Both the position numbers and the translations under genes were made by a program. From assembly GCA_050874785.1 (NCBI GenBank), contig JBNMLJ010000002.1:37278-101277 (forward strand): a DNA stretch of 64,000 nucleotides. The letters are read 5' to 3'. A model generated the notes under the pieces. It was not told where the DNA came from and ran no database searches. It was given only the letters and a program-made list of their open reading frames with translations. The DNA comes from Lachnospira sp. GTDB taxonomy: Bacteria; Bacillota; Clostridia; Lachnospirales; Lachnospiraceae. Positions 60,930 to 64,000 of the stretch are shown here, one piece after another (position 1 is the stretch's first letter; each line of letters opens with the position of its first letter).

Positions 60930-61961
60930 ATGGATTTACATGATTTTTATTATGATCTGCCAGAGGAGCTTATAGCACAAGACCCTCTGTCAGACCGTTC
61001 AAGCTCCAGATTAATGGTTCTTGATAAGAATACAGGAGCTATAGAACATAAGATATTCAGGGATATAACAGAATATCTTAAGCCGGGTGACTGCCTTGTA
61101 ATTAATGATACCAAGGTTATACCTGCAAGACTGATCGGTGAGAAGGAAGGAACAGGTGCTGCCATTGAAGTACTTTTATTAAAAAGACTTGAAGACAGAC
61201 AGGATACCTGGGAAGTTCTTGTTAAGCCGGGAAAGAAATGCAAGGTTGGTGCAAGGATAATATTTGGTGGCGGAAAGCTTACAGGTGAGATTATTGATAT
61301 AGTTGAGGAAGGTAACAGACTTATACAGTTTAGTTATGATGGCATATTTGAGGAAATTCTTGATGAATTAGGACAGATGCCTCTTCCACCATATATCACA
61401 CATAAGCTTGAAGATAAGAACCGATATCAGACAGTATATGCCAAGCACGAGGGTTCAGCAGCAGCACCTACGGCAGGACTGCATTTTACAAAAGAGCTGC
61501 TTAAACAGATAGAAGATATGGGAGTGAAGATTGCAAGAGTTACTCTTCACGTAGGTCTTGGAACATTCAGGCCAGTTAAGGTTGAGAATATACTTGATCA
61601 TCATATGCACTCAGAATTCTATCAGGTTGATAAAGAAGCGGCAGATATAATTAATAATACAAAGGCTAATGGTGGAAGGGTTATTGCTGTAGGAACTACA
61701 AGCACAAGAACTCTTGAATCAGTAGCTGATGAAAATGGACATATACCAGTTAAGAGTGGCTGGACAGAAATATTTATATATCCAGGTTATAAGTTTAAGG
61801 CAATAGATTGTCTTATAACCAATTTCCATCTCCCAGAATCAACTCTTGTAATGCTTGTGTCAGCACTTGCAGGAAGAGAAAATGTTCTTAATGCTTATGA
61901 AGTTGCAGTAAAAGAGCGTTACAGATTCTTTAGTTTTGGAGATGCTATGTTCATTAAGTAG
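60930..61961 (+). CDS. queA: S-adenosylmethionine:tRNA ribosyltransferase-isomerase
   Basis: Contains [39 protein letters not shown] and NFHLPESTL. Confidence 0.95.
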   Translation: MDLHDFYYDLPEELIAQDPLSDRSSSRLMVLDKNTGAIEHKIFRDITEYLKPGDCLVINDTKVIPARLIGEKEGTGAAIEVLLLKRLEDRQDTWEVLVKPGKKCKVGARIIFGGGKLTGEIIDIVEEGNRLIQFSYDGIFEEILDELGQMPLPPYITHKLEDKNRYQTVYAKHEGSAAAPTAGLHFTKELLKQIEDMGVKIARVTLHVGLGTFRPVKVENILDHHMHSEFYQVDKEAADIINNTKANGGRVIAVGTTSTRTLESVADENGHIPVKSGWTEIFIYPGYKFKAIDCLITNFHLPESTLVMLVSALAGRENVLNAYEVAVKERYRFFSFGDAMFIK

Positions 61962-62009
61962 GCATTTGATGTTTACAAAGTTACAATTAACTTAATAACA
62001 CTAATAAAT

Positions 62010-62396
62010 GTGAGTAGTACAGATGATCGCGGCTGCAAGTGTCGAAAGACCGCAGGTGAGGAAAGTCCGGGCTTCGCAGGGCAGGATGCCGGATAACGTC
62101 CGGTGGAGGTGACTCCAAGGCTAGTGCAACAGAAATATACCGCCAGTGCTTAACACTTAGTGTTAAGTCTATTGGTAAGGGTGGAAAGGCAGTGTAAGAG
62201 ACTACCGTGGTATTGGTAACAATACTGGCTATGTAAACCCCATTCGAAGCAAGACCAAATATAAAGCGATACGGCTGCCCGTCGTGCTTTTAGGTAGGTT
62301 GCTTGAGCCTGCTGGTAACAGCAGGTCTAGATAGATGATCATCAGTAGTCAGGTCAAAGCCTGACTGGACATAACCCGGCTTATAGTACTGCTCAT
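62010..62396 (+). ncRNA. rnpB: RNase P RNA (bacterial type A-like)
   Basis: GAGGAAAGTCCGGGC forms the 5' half of P4 and ACATAACCCGGCTTA the 3' half. GGTAAGGGTGGAAAGG is the conserved internal module. The P1 stem pairs GAGTAGTAC (62012-62020) with GTACTGCTC (62386-62394), and a T tract follows. Confidence 0.93.
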
Positions 62397-62514
62397 ATTT
62401 TTTTATTTAATAGGAAATTCCAATAGAATTCCATATTAAGTAAAAGGCACTATGTGCTGGTGATACGAACTCGCGTGAAGCTGTAGTTTGTCGCAAGCGA
62501 CAGCACCCGGTGCG

Positions 62515-62540
62515 AGAATGTGCTGTGCACATTCTTTTTT
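62515..62540 (+). terminator. Rho-independent terminator downstream of a short structured GC-rich segment
   Basis: AGAATGTGC (62515-62523) pairs with GCACATTCT (62527-62535) across a 3-nt loop, followed by TTTTT. Confidence 0.7.
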
Positions 62541-62564
62541 ATAATAAGAAATGGATGGATAGTA

Positions 62565-64000
62565 ATGAACAATAATGATTATAAAGATAACAATGAGAAC
62601 TTAAACAGTGAGAACACTGTGGATAATAAAAGCAGCCAGAGCGGTGGTCATAGAAGAAGTAACGTCCAGCATACTGGCAGTAATGCAGCTAACAAGGACA
62701 ATAACAGCCGTCACAATGTAAGTGAAGGCAGTAACAATAATTCAGAACATCACAGCCACCATAGCAGTGGGGAACATCACAGCCACAGCAGTGGACGAGA
62801 TGGAAGCCACCACAGCGGTGAAGGCCATCACAGTCATAGTGGCAGTTCATATGGTAATGGCCATCACAGCAGCCACAGTGGTAAGAAGAGATTAACAAAA
62901 CAGCAGAAAAAGAAACGTACTATAACAATTGTTTCAATAGTAGCGGTTGTTGTAGTTATTATAGGAATTATAGGTGCTAAGGGCTTATCTGATGCCAAGG
63001 GAATGTTAAAGAATGCTAATGAGTTAAAAACTGAGATGACTGATATGCTTGGAGCTGTAAAATCACAGGATGCTGAGGCAGCTAATACAGCAGTATTAAA
63101 GCTTGACAATACAACTCATAAGATAAGCAAGACATTATCAAGTCCGTTATGGAAGATGGCAAGCCATATTCCAGTTGCAGGAAAGTATGTTAAGTCAGTA
63201 GATACACTTATAGGACTTGTTGAAGATGCATCAGATGATATTATAAAGCCAGCGATAGCAACAATGGCAGAATATCCTATGTCAGGTCTTAAAGTAGGTG
63301 ATGGATTCAGTGTAACAACAATTAATGCTTATCTTAATCTTTTAGAGCAGATACAGCCAGTAGTTGACAATATGACTACTAAGATGAAGAAGGTTGAACT
63401 TCCGGGAAGTATGGGAGAAATGATATCTTCTTATAGTGATAAGATAACATCACTTATGAGTATGTACACAGATTACGAAGATTACATTCCATTAATGAAA
63501 GCGTTTATCGGCGATGGAAGTGATAAGGTATATTTGCTTGCTGCACAGAATACAGCAGAGATAAGAGCCGCAGGTGGTTTCCCAGGTTCAATCGGAACAA
63601 TAAGGGTAGAAGATGGTGTAATGTCAATTGGAGATTTTAATCCTGTTAATGATGTATTGGCAACATATCCACCAGATGCAGCTAATGTTACAAGAAAAGA
63701 ATTAAAGATATTCAATGATACATTAATCTATTCAAGAGATGCAAGTTTTGACCCTGATTTTGAGAGAGCTGCTCAGATATGGGCTTTAGCTTATGAAGCT
63801 AAGAACGGAGAGAGTGTAGATGGCGTACTTTCACTCACACCAACTATTATACAGAAGGTTCTTAGAATATCAGGACCAATTACACTTCCTGACGGAACAG
63901 AGCTTAATGGTGATAATGCTGTATCGGTATTACAGTATGAGCTTTATTATAAATATCTTAGCGACAGAGGTACTAATGTTAATTATGATGATGCCAATGA
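62565..64000 (+). CDS. DUF4012-like membrane-anchored protein with a His/Ser-rich cytoplasmic N-terminus (3' end outside the window)
   Basis: My own translation from the ATG at 62565 stays open to the window end. It has a His/Ser-rich region, a KKRLTKQQKKKR stretch and one transmembrane segment (ITIVSIVAVVVVIIGIIGA). LLAAQNTAEIRAAGGFPGSIG resembles the DUF4012 signature. This ORF is absent from the supplied ORF track. Confidence 0.7.
   Translation, partial: MNNNDYKDNNENLNSENTVDNKSSQSGGHRRSNVQHTGSNAANKDNNSRHNVSEGSNNNSEHHSHHSSGEHHSHSSGRDGSHHSGEGHHSHSGSSYGNGHHSSHSGKKRLTKQQKKKRTITIVSIVAVVVVIIGIIGAKGLSDAKGMLKNANELKTEMTDMLGAVKSQDAEAANTAVLKLDNTTHKISKTLSSPLWKMASHIPVAGKYVKSVDTLIGLVEDASDDIIKPAIATMAEYPMSGLKVGDGFSVTTINAYLNLLEQIQPVVDNMTTKMKKVELPGSMGEMISSYSDKITSLMSMYTDYEDYIPLMKAFIGDGSDKVYLLAAQNTAEIRAAGGFPGSIGTIRVEDGVMSIGDFNPVNDVLATYPPDAANVTRKELKIFNDTLIYSRDASFDPDFERAAQIWALAYEAKNGESVDGVLSLTPTIIQKVLRISGPITLPDGTELNGDNAVSVLQYELYYKYLSDRGTNVNYDDAN

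Overview
AT-rich Firmicutes chromosomal segment. It looks Clostridia/Lachnospiraceae-like from gene content, but the taxon is an inference. Most genes are on the + strand and most are housekeeping: a split cobalamin methionine synthase, rex, nnr, alr-mazF, ilvN-ilvC, leuCD, thrC, a CIRCE-controlled hrcA-grpE-dnaK-dnaJ operon, eda, an M16C peptidase, era-recO, pdxK, glyQS, a D-Ala-D-Ala carboxypeptidase, rarA, pheST, queA and RNase P RNA (rnpB). I saw no rRNA, tRNA, CRISPR array, transposase or integrase. Five parts are not ordinary core. (1) A translationally coupled four-gene operon of unknown function (50316-57286) encodes a 1185-aa giant protein, a degenerate Hsp70-derived protein, a TPR-like protein and a membrane coiled-coil protein. 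(2) A LytTR/AgrC-like two-component cluster (29271-35211) has three ABC-2-like permeases but no ATPase, and carries two sets of 21-bp-phased direct repeats. (3) GC-rich long-hairpin elements sit in the leuD-thrC and thrC-hrcA gaps; two copies differ by pairing-preserving substitutions, and they lie next to a double AP2-like DNA-binding gene and 19-bp tandem repeats. (4) An intact mazF has no room for an adjacent antitoxin gene. (5) A HemC-like protein seems to have lost its cofactor and catalytic residues. All homology calls come from reading the translated ORFs by eye; no searches were run.
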